This document shows positions 43,117-57,326 of a stretch of 64,000 bases of DNA, one piece after another. A model generated the notes under the pieces. The model had not been told where the DNA came from. It saw only the letters and a program-made list of their open reading frames with translations, and made no database searches. A program made the position numbers and the translations under genes. Within the stretch, counting starts at the first letter, position 1, and each line of letters starts with the position of its first letter. Source of the stretch: Eledone cirrhosa (Eukaryota); NCBI GenBank assembly GCA_964016885.1, contig OZ024746.1, positions 9,982,001-10,046,000 of the forward strand, in the 5' to 3' direction.

Positions 43117-45079
43117 ACAGTCATAGTGCTGTTTTGTACTGTTCAAGAATGTCTTTCTAAAGTGCTTTCATGTGGTATAGGACATTAAGTGTTAATATTT
43201 AATATCTAGACAAATTATGTAACGACTTTTTTTTTTATATATATCTTTTACCTTTCTTCTTTCAGCAAGATTTTATATAACCACATGAAATATTGAAAAC
43301 ATTTTTAAAATGCAATTTAGCCTGGCAGGAAATAGACAACAATAATTAAATGATTAAATCTTTGAAGTATAAATTTGAGGAACAGAAATACTGAAACTTA
43401 TGTATTAGCAAAACCATTTAAAATTTGAAAACTGAATTCAACTGCTATTGATGTTAATTAAAAAGACTTTATGTTCAAATATAATGATATATTTGTTCAA
43501 AAATATTAAATATAGAGTGTTGGTGATCAATATGCTAAATGCATTCAACTCACTCTGTAAAGTGGTTATTGTTGATAGTAAGGACATCATCCAGTCATAG
43601 AAAACCTGCCAAACAAGGGATGGGAAGAACTCTTCAGCCTTATCAGGGACATGATAACTTCCCTAGTGTTGGGGCACTCAGTAGAATACAGGATCGTATG
43701 TTGGACCCCTGGGTCATCTGAAGGCCAGTGGTTTCACTTGAGAATTGACCAGTCCATAATGAGACAACCAATCCTTCTTAACAGAGAAAAACAAATGCTA
43801 AAGGATGATGATGTTAATGATGTTTATATATCGATGATGATATTTATATATCAATGATGATGATATAGATATAGATATCAATAGTTTAAAACTTTTTAAA
43901 AAATGTAAATTTGATCTCAAAACACGAAGAGGTGGAACAACTACCCCAAGGCATTTCTTAGATGCTCTACTAATTTTATCAATCGATTGCTTTGATCTAA
44001 TGGTTACTTCTCAATTCAGATCGTCCTGATTTATTCACTTGTTTTGGGGGGTTTTTTTCGCTAGCCACATTGAATGTATTAGTACTTTGTTATTTTTTAT
44101 GAGAATGGTGTCCCTGGGTAATTTTCTTTTGTTATATAGCAACAACAACAACAACAACAACAACAACTACAACAAAAACCACAATAAAAATATATAATGA
44201 ATAACATAATACTAATAATTATAAAATGTTTGTTAATGGGTTGTAGATGTAGAATTTTATTCCAGTAGTAAAATTGCAATGTGCCAGAATGATGTAAGAA
44301 TGTGGTTATATGACACCATGATAGGAAAGTATTCTGCAATGTAAATAAACTTGTCTGGTGTATTAATGGATTCTTACTATAATCATGGAATATAGTTTGA
44401 GAATGGAAACAGAAGAAAATATTGTTTTGGAATCTGAGAATTACTATTTTAGAATTTTACCTTCACCATAAATTCTACTGTTGTTGCTGTTGTTTTAATT
44501 ACTGTTTAGTCTCTTGGCCAGCCTCTCTATCTACATACCTACTCCTCTATCTGTCAGCCTGACTGTCAATCTATAGTTATCTATTTATGTATGTTTACAA
44601 CTGTATCTATTTTTGGACAAGAACAACAATAAAAACAACAAAGCACAAAACCCAATATCAGTAAAAAGATAGATAAATAGATAGATAGATAGATAGATAG
44701 GCAGGTAAAACAAAGTCCTCATAATTTAGTGCTTATATGTTTGATAGTGATTAAAGAAAATATGAAAGAAAATCATTGTAGTTATTTTAAATGAATGTAA
44801 AAAGAAATACTCTGATAGAAAGAATGACAAATGGGAGGTCAAGAAAAATCGAGGAATCAAGCATCTTTTTGTAGAATGTTGTAATCAGAGAATTGTCAAG
44901 TTAGATAATTTTTACTATAAGCCTCATCTTTTTGACAGTTATTATGGTAGTATATATATATTGTTATATTTTGGGCTTCCAATATAACCAATAGAAACAT
45001 GTGCACAATTTAATTTTCATTTCATCTTTCATCATCATCTTTAATGTTCATTATTTATTCGTTTGTCAAAGTTCTTTCA

Positions 45080-45124
<45 letters not shown>

Positions 45125-46041
45125 ATATATATACACACACATGCATACATACATATATGATGACTTCTTTTCAATTTCAAGAATTGCCATCACTTGATCT
45201 TTGTCTCAGACATAAGTGGCAAGTGGCACGAACATGACTTTTTAAATCCTACAAAGACTTACATTCCTTTCTGCATATGCTGCAGTGAAAAGAAGGGAAA
45301 ATAATTGGGGGGGGGGGGGAGCTACAGCCAGCCATTTTCATGCAATACATTTGACAGATGTTTCAATCAAGCGAAATGTGTGCTTGAAGCTTTTTTACTG
45401 AAGGAAGGCCTTGAACTTGACCAATTTCACTCATTGAACAATGGCGACAGGCATCCAAAAGGAAGAACAGATCAACATCATTGGCTGCCATTGAATCACA
45501 GGTTTTACATGAGAGCTTCCTTCTCATGATGTCCAAACCAAGTATTTCTATGTCCCTGCGTTATATGTAAATGCTAGTGTGGAAGAATGGATATAAAATG
45601 GTGATGATGATGGTGATATCATCATCATCATCCTCGTTTAACGTCCACTTTCCACGCTAGCATGGGTTAGGCTGTTTACCAATATGTAGAACTGGTGGTT
45701 CTGGTTTGTAAATAACTATGAAAAAGAAAATAGAAGACCAATTCGATTCGGGGACAGCCTTGGGGGTGGAGTTTGGTCATCGATATAATACCCAATTGGC
45801 AGGCTGAATGAATTCTAATATATTCTCATCCATCCCGACAAGAGACATCAATGTTTAACTAATTTATAAGCATGAGAATATTTTCAGGGGAAAAAAAAAT
45901 GATCATCCATATTTGTTTGTTGTGAATACAATATATACCTTTTATACATTTAACAAAATATCGTTAATTTGTCTTTTATCCATACAATGTTCCACCTGTC
46001 TTTTAGTATCTTGCTTGATTTGTGTTGTATGCCTTGTTCTC

Positions 46042-46755
46042 TGGTCAGAGTGTCGTTATTACATGGTCAGTATGTTGTTATTACTTGGTCAGTATGTTGT
46101 TATTACATGTCAGTGTTGTCATTACATGGTCAAAGTGTCGTTATTACATGGTCAGTGTGTTGTTATTACATGGTCAGTGTGTTGTTATTACGTGGTCAGA
46201 GTGTCGTTATTACATGGTCAGTGTGTTGTTATTACATGGTCAGTGTGTTGTTATTACATGGTCAGTGTGTTGTTATTACGTTGTCAGAGTGTCGTTATTA
46301 CATGGTCAGTGTGTTATTACATGGTCAGTGTGTTGTTATTACGTGGACAGAGTGTCGTTATTACATGGTCAGTGTGTTATTACATGGTCAGTATGTTATC
46401 ACATGGTCAGAGTGTTGTTATTACATGGTCAGAGTGTCGTTATTACATGGTCAGTGTGTTATTACATGGTCAGTATGTTATTACATGGTCAGTGTGTTAT
46501 TACATGGTCAGAGTGTCATTATTACATGATCAGTGTGTTGTTATTACATGGTCAGTGTGTTATTACATGGTCAGTATGTTATTACATGGTCAGTGTGTTA
46601 TTACATGGTCAGTGTGTTATTACATGGTCAGTATGTTATTACATGGTCAGTGTGTTATTACATGGTCAGTATGTTATTACATGGTCAGTGTGTTATTACA
46701 TGGTCAGAGTGTCATTATTACATGATCAGTGTGTTGTTATTACATGGTCAGTGTT
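46042..46755. repeat. Minisatellite of mixed 19/22-bp units
   Basis: Unit ttattacatggtcagtgtg(ttg) or ttattacatggtcagagtgtcg, more than 30 copies. Confidence 0.95.
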
Positions 46756-47262
46756 TGGACTTAAATTTTCTCTGCTACTTCTATTGTTTCATGTGTTTGT
46801 GTTCTGTTATTGTTTCTCTTTGTGGTCAACTTTTCTATCTATGTATTTATATATATTTATATTTATCAACTTCATTATTCAACACACATCTTCATCTCTT
46901 CTATCTATGTACCTATATATTTGTATACTTATCTGCTTCATTACTCAACATACATGAATTTGTTCTTACATCTATTATTGGTGGATTGTTAGAAATATTA
47001 GAGGTCAGATGAAATGCTTTGTTCTGGTTTCTTTCATTCTGGTTTCAAACCCCACTGAGGCTAACTTTCCTTTTCACCCTTCCAGGGTTGGTAAATAAAG
47101 AGCCAGTATAAGGCTGTGAACTGGCAAATAATTTTTATTTTAATAGAATGCGAGCTCAAATTTTTATTTTTTAAGTATACTACTTATATTACTTCACTGA
47201 TCTTCCTTAACCCACTAAGCTGTGAGATATTGATTTTGCAGGACATAAACAAGTGTGGATAA

Positions 47263-47331
<69 letters not shown>

Positions 47332-48031
47332 TGTGTTGATGGTTGATGGTGGACATGAGAATGAGTACTCAATACCAAAGCAGAGTTTAAATATATATAG
47401 ATAGATAGACAGACAGATGTGTGTTAGTGTATGTATGTATGTGTATATATATATATGATAAGCTTCTGCTCAATTTCTATCTATAAAATTCACTCACTAA
47501 GCATTGTCAGGCTATTGTAAAAGACACTCACCCAATATCTCATGTGGTGAGATCAAACACAAAAAGAAGACATTATTGTAAAGCAAATTTCTTAACTACA
47601 CAGCTCTGTCTGCATCTAACATAGGCAAGTTTAACTAAAAACCCAATGGAATACCACATGAAGATTTACTTAACAAGACCTGCTTGATATGCTGAGTACA
47701 GTAGAACTTCAATTAGTTTAATTAGGTTCACAAATGTAGAATGATTTGCTAATTAAATTTTTAGAAAATTTAAGATTCTTACAATTGATTGAAGAGAAGG
47801 AAACAGAGTATTAATTATAATTTCATCATTCATGATATAATAGAATTGACCCAGTTATATTTTCTTATGAATTATAGTAATGAGATGATTAAGTTTGACT
47901 AAATATCCACTCAGATGTTATATAATGGTTTATTTAACAAAACATGTTTAATACGTTGAGTACAGTAGAGATTTGGTATTTAATTGGGGGTGGGTTCAAC
48001 TAATTATTATTTCATTATGTTATTTTTATAC

Positions 48032-48225
48032 AAGGGTGGTGGGTTGGCAGAATTGGTAGGGCGTCGGACAATATGCTTTGTGGCATATAGTTACGGCATT
48101 TTACATTCTGAGTTTAAATCCCACCAAATCCCACCTTTTATCCTTGCGGGGTCAGTAAAATAAAGAACCAGTAATGCACTGGAGTCGATTTAATTGGCCA
48201 TGTGCTTAAATCAGAAACTGCTATT
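48032..48225 (+). mobile_element. Family A SINE (degenerate)
   Basis: agggtggtgggttggcagaattggtagg...taaaataaagaaccagtaatgcact. Confidence 0.75.
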
Positions 48226-49641
48226 TTCATATGCAAAAGTGCATAAAGATCTCTATGAGCTATTGCAAGCAGTTGGTTTATCCATAGAAATACTACAGAC
48301 TACCATTCCATCAAAGACATCAGTTTTTACTTCTCCTTGTGGAACACTGACATTCACTTCACTGTTTCCTTTTGGGGGGGAGGGGGTCTAATCTGATTCA
48401 TACTGACACTATCACTAGCTTACTGATTACTGACACTATCACTAGCTTACTGATCTCAGTGATTTACCCACTTTTATCAATTACACCTAACACTGCTAGA
48501 TTCAACAACCAAATTACACCTAACACTGCTAGATTCAACAACCAAATGAATTTTATTTCTAAAGAAGAACAAATTTAAAATAGAGATTTGTGAACAAGAT
48601 TTATTTGACATAAAATAACCTCAGTGACAAATTAAACAACTTATATTTCCTACATAAGTTTGTTGATAATATTCCTCGGATGTAAATATCTGGCTTGTAA
48701 GAAGACTGAAAATACATAATACTTCTAGACAGAGTTTACCCATATTTAATTCAGGAAAATATGCAGCTGCAGTTTAAAGACTTAAGCTTATTCATTGCAC
48801 TCCTGCTCAAGCTAAATCTATTTCAAAAGTATAATGTCCAAACAGAAAACATTAATATTTATAAAATCAAACTCTACAACAATGATAACCATCTGTTGAC
48901 TACAACATTGTGCCTGCGTCCTCTATTATAGCTTTTATATTTAGTGAAAGATAGCTTCTGAGAGACTAAATTAGTTTAGATATTTAGATGATGCTATTTT
49001 AAATATATCTCTGACAGTGTATCAATATGTAAAATTGAATTCTGTTGAAAAGGTTCAGTTGAGTACACTTGTTTTGACTAACAAGTACCTGCTTATTGTC
49101 AGTTTTGAATTGATATCTGTCTAAATAATTGAATACAGATTCATGGACAGATATAGTTATCCTGCAGTAATTTCAATAACAGTTAAGCTTAACATACACA
49201 TTGGTATCCATCTAAAGACAACACAAGTTAAATATGAATAAAACACTGCATTATGCAATTTGTAGAAAAGATCAATATCCTATTAAATATCATATATTGA
49301 AAAGATTAAATCAGTTGTATTTTTTATTTATCTATTCGTCTAAATGAAAAAACAAACTGGAGAATCAATTGCCATTTTGCAGAACTGTTCTTCATTAATA
49401 ATTATATGAGGCTTTTGACTTGGCAGCTTCACTGATACTCTAACCTACAAAACATACACATATTTATAAATTTATATTTTTGTGAAAATAAGTGTGTGTG
49501 TGAGCTCATGAATTTTATGTTTAAAAAATATTGTTGTTTTAATTAAACATATTGATGTGTGTTTTAGTTCAGTATATGAAAACATATTTACATGCTTAAA
49601 ACATTTTTAATGTTTGAATCATATTTAGCCTTACTGTAGAG

Positions 49642-49948
49642 CAGGGGCATGCAGCAGGTGGTCTGTGAGCCACAATCCAGCCTGCCAGACCAGTCAGAGT
49701 GGCCCGCAATGATTGTTTTTAATTTTTACCTTGTAGGCTTATTTAGAAATTTTTTCGTAACCTTAATACAATTTTCTGTTAGTTGACCTATACTAAAGGG
49801 CTTCACTGATAGGGTTATGTGTGTTATAATTTCCCAGTTCCATGTTATGGGAAGAAGTTTGGTGAATCTTTGGAATAGTGCTTAATAAATATTAATGGCC
49901 CTAGTTGTTCAAAAGTGACCCACCAATGGAATATGTTGTACATCCCTG
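49642..49948. mobile_element. hAT (Charlie-like) MITE
   Basis: Ends caggg.../...ccctg; 8-bp TSD ctgtagag / ctgtagtg; subterminal tggcccgc. Confidence 0.75.
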
Positions 49949-50261
49949 CTGTAGTGTAATAATAGTACAAAGGTTTACAAATTCAAGTGTTATGCAATTA
50001 CATGATTGGCAGACAGCAGATTTGACTTCTACCCAGTTACTTCGGTTTAACTAGCCAATTAAATCAACATTGCTAGAGTTACTGAAAGCTGTGTGACTTG
50101 TCTGATATTTGATGTTATATGTTTGAGACTAATCTATGTTAATATGTATCATAAACAAAAGCTAAGTTGAAAAAACGAATTCAATCAAGCATATAACTGC
50201 AAATAGAACTCTCCTCAGAAATATATGTATTACAACTACATTTTTCTATGTATGCAGTTAG

Positions 50262-51560
50262 TGAAATGTTCATATCTTCCTTATCTTTATCATGTCCATT
50301 TTTCCAAGCTTTGCATGAGTTGAATGGGTCTTTTGTCATCTCCATTGCGAGGTTCAGCCTCTTGAGATTGGCTTTCACCCTTCCTTTTTTTTCTAGGTCT
50401 TTCTCATTTATCTCCTTTTGCAATTTCCTTCCACTGGGATCATTTAGCACTTCTTTACTCAAATTTTATTCTTTCATATTCATCATATGTCTAATCTTTC
50501 TCAACTAACACCCTTGCACACTCTAACCAATTCTTTTGATACCCAGTTTTATCTTTCAGCTTATTTCTTCTTTGTATTCATGTACATTAATATTATATAT
50601 CCAACAGATTGTTTTCATCTTAACCTTCAAACCTTAACATATTTTTCCACAATCAATGCCCGTGTTTTGCTATCATGCAACATTGCACTTTGCATGTGAG
50701 CATCATACAAACTATCCTTCACTTGGTGATTTTCTGTATTGCCAGCAGAGGTAACATCTCTGAAACCTCTCTCTCCCACATATATTCCTCGTTCATCAAC
50801 ATCCCATACTAACATTCCTATACCTTTTTCTTCTTGGTGTCAATGAGAGCAGCTGCACTGCTATCATTCTATGCATACTTTTTTTCAATTGCATCTTGAC
50901 TTGAATTGACACACTGCCTTGTAATCCAGAACACCTCAAGTCTCTAAATCTCTTGTCAGAAAACACTTTCAAACTTTCAAAGCCTCTAATTACAGTTTCT
51001 CTTCTTGCTATATATATACCTGATATCTACCTGACCTGATCCCCCCCCATCCACCACCACCACCACCATCACCATTCTTCTAAATTTTTCAGGACTGTCT
51101 CTTTACTTTTATAGTTCTATCTACTGAACTATTCCACCACCATGCCCCATTGTATTTGGCTAAAATCTTGTTCTGTCCACAGATTTCATCTATGACTTGT
51201 TGTGGATTAACTCATAAAAACAAGTTACTTTTATGTCATAAGTTTCGATTTCCTGTCTGTTTGTCATGTGCATCAAGTAATACTTTTTTAACCTATGTCT
51301 GGCTAAAAGATCTTTCGGTTTCCATACTTTCCCTCTCCAGATAGTCTGTGTCAGTTTAACTCTTGCTCTGACATCACTAAACACTAGTTTAAGTTGAGTG
51401 ATACATTCTTCAGCAGAAAATGGCTTACTCTACACAACTATCTATCCTATGGATATGACACTTATCTGGTTTACATGTTCATCTAAGTAGTAAATGCAGA
51501 CGGCTGGTGTTTATTTCCTGATGTTAGTATTGCAAATGAAATAATTTCTATATGTTTTTC
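50262..51560 (-). mobile_element. Old, fragmented RTE LINE
   Basis: Minus strand gives LYDAHMQSAMLHDSKT, LIVEKYVKV and LKRLNLAMEMTKD, then a tail-like catgcaaagcttggaaaaatggac..gat. Confidence 0.6.
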
Positions 51561-52453
51561 TCCCATACATGAAAAATGGATGAACCAATAACTAAACTAC
51601 ATATATATATGTGTGTGTAGTTACATACACACACATATATATATATATATAGTTACATACACATATATATATATGCACATACATATATATACATATATAT
51701 ATATATATATTTTTTTTTTTTATACAACTTCTATGCCAGTGACTCAAATAACACAGCCAAGATTAATTTTTTTTCAATATATCAGTTAAATTTATAATTG
51801 CCATAATCAATAGATATTTTAGTGTCAAAAATGATTAGTCTTCTTTTCTATATTTAAGATGTGTACTTGTACTAAATATGCCTTGTGATCAGACACATAT
51901 AAACTAAAATACTAGCAATAGAAATCTTTGGAAAAATAATTGTAAAATACAGCTATAAGTTGTAAAAATGAGTAACTTATTAAAATCTAAAACAACAAAA
52001 TAGACAATCTATTTGTAGTTTAATATTTTTGATTTACTGTAATGAAACCATTTCAAAAACTAAAAATAGTTTGTGTTAATGTACAAAATATTTTTTTTTA
52101 TTTAGTACTTCATTTTCAATTTATATTTGATTAGATATTTTTTATATTGAAGTTTTCTTTATAAAATGTTTACCGCCCAAATGTTACATATAACTAATTG
52201 TTCTGAGTGCAAATATTGTTAACCTCCTGAATTCCACAGCTGATGCTGATACTTATGATAGCTACTATATCTAAATATTGTGGCAGTATGCTCTGTTGCC
52301 ATTATGTTTAATATATATATATATAAATATGTTAGAGAAAAGTGCACATTTGTATGACCCTGTCATAAGCAGAAGGGTCTTTTTACAAAGCCTCTAAGAC
52401 AGGTGAAATAAAAGGAGAAAGAACCATTTACTCATGAGTTTTATATTCCTCAG

Positions 52454-52525
52454 ATGGAGACCTAGTTTGAATTCTTACAAAAGTACCCAAAACCAAGCTA
52501 TGAGTGTTATTAAACCAAGCAGCAG
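52454..52525 (+). CDS. Candidate 72-nt cassette exon of Cav3 (RWRPSLNSYKSTQNQAMSVIKPSS)
   Basis: Acceptor ttttatattcctcag|; open in phase 2, 72 nt, ends CAG|gttaaa (weak donor). Confidence 0.25.
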
Positions 52526-53337
52526 GTTAAATTTTATTTCCAAGAACAAGTACAGGCTCTAAAATGGTCTTCCACACCGTTTCCATCTACCAAAGATGCC
52601 AAGTATTACAGTCAAGCTACGTAATTGCAAAGCAAATTCCTTATCCACATGGTTATGTCTGCATACATTTTATGGTATTTTTATTGAAGTCAAAATTGCT
52701 CTTGAAATGGGAAGATGCTGTAATGTTGCATTTTTTATGTTAAGGATATTAGCAGGGTTTAGTTTATTAAGGAATTACCAGCTGGAGATATTGAGATCTA
52801 TTTCTTTCTTATACATCCAATATCTCTTTATCAACTTAAACTGATCTGTGAAAGTAACAGTATTTGTATCCACTTTGTAGTGTTGGAGTTCATTTACTTT
52901 TACTTTCACTTTTATACAATAAAAACAACATTCCTGCCTTTTATCTCTATCACCTTTTGAACTTTGAACAAAAAAAAACGACTTTATTTCTCTAATTACC
53001 AGAAAATACTCATTCTTCTGGAAGTAGCTGTATTATTATATTATTATTGCCGCCAAACCTACCAAACAATCAAAGTACTATTCTTAGTGTGAAAACCTTA
53101 ATGGATTATATTGTTATCTTTGCATTTGTAGTCATTATGAATGGAAAGAAAATCTGCAGGGGATTGGTAAGAAAGAAAAATGTAACTTTTTAAGACATTC
53201 TGAAAAAAAAACTTTAATGCAAATTAAAATTGATTTCATTTATTTGATATTGCTTGGAAAATGTTCTGCAAAATGACTTTACGCCTTTTTTTCTTTTTAC
53301 TTGATTTACCTATTTATTTATTTATTTTAAATTCCAG

Positions 53338-53713
53338 TGAATGTAATGGCCAGCCCCCTCTGAACAATCAACGAACTCTCAGTCCACAGAATTCTATCAA
53401 AAGCCAGCATGCATTAAGTCGACAAAACTCTATCAAAAGCCATCACTCGTTTACATCCAAGAACTCTATAAAAGGCAATCGCAGCTGGAGCCGAAATAAC
53501 TCACTCAGTAGCTCATATAGCATTCATCGGTCATTCAGTCTCCATCGTGAAAATTCTCTCAAAAGTCACCCCACACACAACTCCACTTCCAGCAGTACAT
53601 TCAAAGAAGAATACAAATTGAACAATTTAAGTTCCGAACTGCCTGTTGCAAAAACGGCAGCTGATAAATGTCTTGAAGAACTTGAAGATGACCCAGATGC
53701 TATTGATGAAACA
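53338..53713 (+). CDS. Cav3: Internal exon of Cav3 T-type calcium channel, distal II-III linker
   Basis: Long T-rich tract then attccag|; donor |gtaagt at 53714. Phase 2 start completes AG|T (Ser) from the exon ending at 4482. Encodes ECNGQPP...LEELEDDPDAIDET; ECNG and the acidic end match the DCNG...acidic segment preceding domain III in Cav3 channels. Confidence 0.85.
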
Positions 53714-53982
53714 GTAAGTAATTTAATGCTTTCTTTAACCCTTATTCTGCTATTAACTGTGATTTTTATATTTTAATCCTATTTCAAACTGGAATTGACA
53801 GGAAACACTGGAAATATTATTATTAACAGCATTGAACGTTAAATAATTAATGGAGCGGCTTTTTTTATCATATATTGGTGCATGTCTATATACATATATA
53901 TATATGTATATACGTATATGTATGTATATGTATATATATGTATGTATATGTATATATATGTATGTATATATATATGTATGTA

Positions 53983-54048
<66 letters not shown>

Positions 54049-55984
54049 TATGTATGTATATGTATATATATGCATGTATGTATATATATATATATATATG
54101 TATGTATATGTATATATATATATGCATGTATGTATATATATATATATGTATGTATATGTATATATATATGCATGTATGTATGTATATATATATATGTATG
54201 TATATGTATATATATGTATATACATATATATAGAGAGAGAGAGAGATGTATTATACATAGATGTGTGTGTGTATGAGGTGTGTGAGAGAAAGAGAGAGTG
54301 AGTGAATTAAATAATATGTTTGCTTGTTTTTTATATATCTCATTCATGTATTTTCTATAATGGCTTTATACTGTAAAATAATCATAAAAGCATTTATGCC
54401 CATTAAACTTGTTCTTTTGCTTGTATTCAACTGAGATTGGTAGGGTGAGGGTTTTTTTTCTTTCTTTCCAGCAAACCAAGTACTTTTCTATTTAAATGAT
54501 GATGAATTACATTTGATATGTTTTCTTGTAATAAAGTGGCAATATAAATGTTTTAGAATAAAGCCATTTTGATAACAGCTGCTTGTATTTTTTAAACCAA
54601 AAATTACAAAATGAAACAATATCAAAAAACAAATAGTCTTACATGAACAGTTTACATTTTACAATTTTAATAACTCTTATGTTGTTTTGTTTTCATTTGT
54701 ATCTTTTTTAAATAATTGTTCAAAGTTTGATATTTTGTTACTAGTATATTTTTTATATTATATTAATTCTTTTATGTAGAAGTTTAATTCAATATTTGAA
54801 CGATATGTTATGGCGGTAAACTTGAAGTGGATGACTATGAAGCAACGTTTTTGTGGTTTTTGTTTGTATTTGTTGTTATTGTTGTTGATTTTCTTGTGTC
54901 ACAAGAGAATTTCAAATGGAAATTTTTGAAGGAAAGTAATATAATATTCTAAAGCAGCTGTTTAAGTTCTTTTGAAAGAGCAGCTTAGTACTTCAAAAAT
55001 GAAGAATATTGGTAAACACACCTACAGATAACAATTGGCATCTGTAGAGGAAAAATATGAGAGTACAAAGTTAAATAAAAAGCCTCTGGCAGTTTAACAA
55101 ATGTTGTGTATTTATTATTGTTGTTGTCAAATCAGTTTCTTTCTCTAGCTTATTGCAAACTATGAATTCAAATTGTGTCTACTAACAAAATACATATCCA
55201 CCAAAGATCAACTGAACTCAAGACATTTCTATAATGAAGACACCAATAATTAATTACCTTCAAATTGTTTTTCTAATGATTTATATACTTTTCTTCTTAC
55301 TAATAAATTAACTTTTGTTTTTAATTTTTATCATATTCTAGGATAAAATATTAAACAAACAACAATGTTTTCATTTGTTTGCTACTCTGTTTTTGTTGTG
55401 GTCATCTTTTACATTTGGAATTAACAAGGGGCAGGAGATACAGGGGTAGACTCCGAGCAAGGTGCTTTATAATATCCATGAGCTCAGCTAGTCTCACTTG
55501 GAGATCCAGCTGGATTCAAAAGTATCTTAATTAAAAATTGATAACTCTCTTGACATAATGTTTTTAAAAATGTTGCACAAAGAATCTTGAAAAAAAATCA
55601 TATTATATTAAATAGCAATTATCTGAGAAAGACTTTATGATAACAATCATACTTTAAACAGATATTAAGTAATGATGATCATCATGATAAATCTTATAGT
55701 CTGGAAATAAATTGAATTTAGAATGTATATAACTATTTATCAATATCAGATATTGTTAGAGATAGTAATCTTTGATCTTTAGAGAGTTAAGTAACTTAAA
55801 GGTGGCTACTGTACCATAGTTAATCCTCTCGTATATTGAAATATATCTTTATTCTGAGAACATAGCTATAATGTAGCATTGATGTTAAAATATACTTGAA
55901 TGACCCTTTGATATTTCAGGCTAGGAGTAAAGTATCTTAACCAAACGTCCTTATTGCATTAAAGGGCATTGGTTTAAATCATAA

Positions 55985-56410
55985 CACTGGTCAACACATT
56001 GTTTGCTGACTTAGGTTTTGTTGTTGTTTTTAGCTAAATTTTGAGGTGCTGGTTTCAAATATGGCATCCATTTTTTCCTAACACATCAGATTTTTATTGG
56101 GACGAATTGCTGAATCCAGAAGTCTTTGTGAGACAAAAGTAGCAATTATCTGCATGGTTCTTTGGCTCTTGCCATACCATAAGAATGCCAAATGGTAGTT
56201 GTTTTCTTGTGCTCTTTGTCCAGTGGCATAGATTTTCGACACATGGTTTACATATATTATGTGGGGCCCACAATTTATTCTGATCACCAAGGTTAAGCTT
56301 AAAGTAAGTCCAGTATGCTCTTTTCACAAATCCACTAATGTTCATTCTTTAACTTAGTACTGTAAAACAACTGCATATATAGCAAAAAAGAATCACAGCA
56401 TTCTAATTTA
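55985..56410 (-). mobile_element. Chapaev3-like (CMC) DNA transposon, internally deleted
   Basis: CYIC...VKRAYWTYFKLNLGDQNKLWAPHNICKPC...VWQEPKNHADNCYFC on the minus strand; CACTG.. terminus at 55985 with subterminal ttttgaggtgctg. Family assignment is from memory. Confidence 0.6.
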
Positions 56411-56469
56411 TATTCTACATTTTAACTGTTTATAAAAATAATATACAGGGTAAATATATATATGTATTA

Positions 56470-56835
56470 GGTCTGTAGATTTGGCAGTATCTGTAGAGCA
56501 TTGAACAACATGCTGTATAGAGTTATATCCCTTTACAATTTTAGTTCAAATCCCACCAAAGTTAGCTTTGCCTTTCATCCTTATGGAGTTGATAAAATAA
56601 AGTACCAGTAACTCACTGAGGTCGATTTAATCGACTTTCCCCATCCTCAAAATTGTTGACCTTGTACCTAAATCAGAAACCATTATTATTATTATTCAAA
56701 GTCAACTTTGCCTTTCATCCTTAAGGAGATCAATAAAATAAAGCACCAGTAATACACTGAGGTCGATTCAATCAACGCCCCTCCCCCCTTTCCCTTCAAA
56801 TTGTTGGCCTTGTGCCAAAAGTTAGAAACAATTAT
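56470..56835 (+). mobile_element. Two tandem family A SINEs
   Basis: Bodies at 56470-56690 and 56700-56835. Confidence 0.85.
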
Positions 56836-57326
56836 CAGTAGTGGTCATTCTAATCTACTACATAATACATCTGAAATACTACTTTCACCAGGCATAAACA
56901 GCTTATGGAATTAATATAAAACAGTTGGTACTTGCATTGCAAGAGAATAATGTAAACATGTTTACATACAAAAGTGAGAAGACTTTAAAGGTGCAGCCTT
57001 CTTTGATAGTATGTAATAATACATTCAATCAGGTTTCTATAGTTTCTAAGATAAGGAATTACAGAGATTGCTAAAGACAAATCAATCTGTTGTATCTCTT
57101 GTATTGTTAATTGCACTTCCTTCGAATCAGCGAATTCTTTGATTTTCATCAGGTAGGTTACTTTAGATATTTCTGATGATGATGATGATGATGATACACA
57201 CATATATATATATATATATGTATATGATGTGTGTGTGTAAACACCCATATATATATATGTGTGTGTGGGTGTGTACGTACATATGTGTGTGTATGTATAT
57301 GTATATAATTATATATACATGTATGT

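Noticed and set aside
45913-47012. Hydrophobic Cys/Val-rich ORFs resembling membrane proteins
   Set aside because: 19/22-bp minisatellite translated in all three frames.
57100-57160. Hammerhead-like CTGATGA-stem-GAAG on the minus strand
   Set aside because: The core has GAAG instead of GAAA, an A-C mismatch at the base of stem II and no stem I partner.
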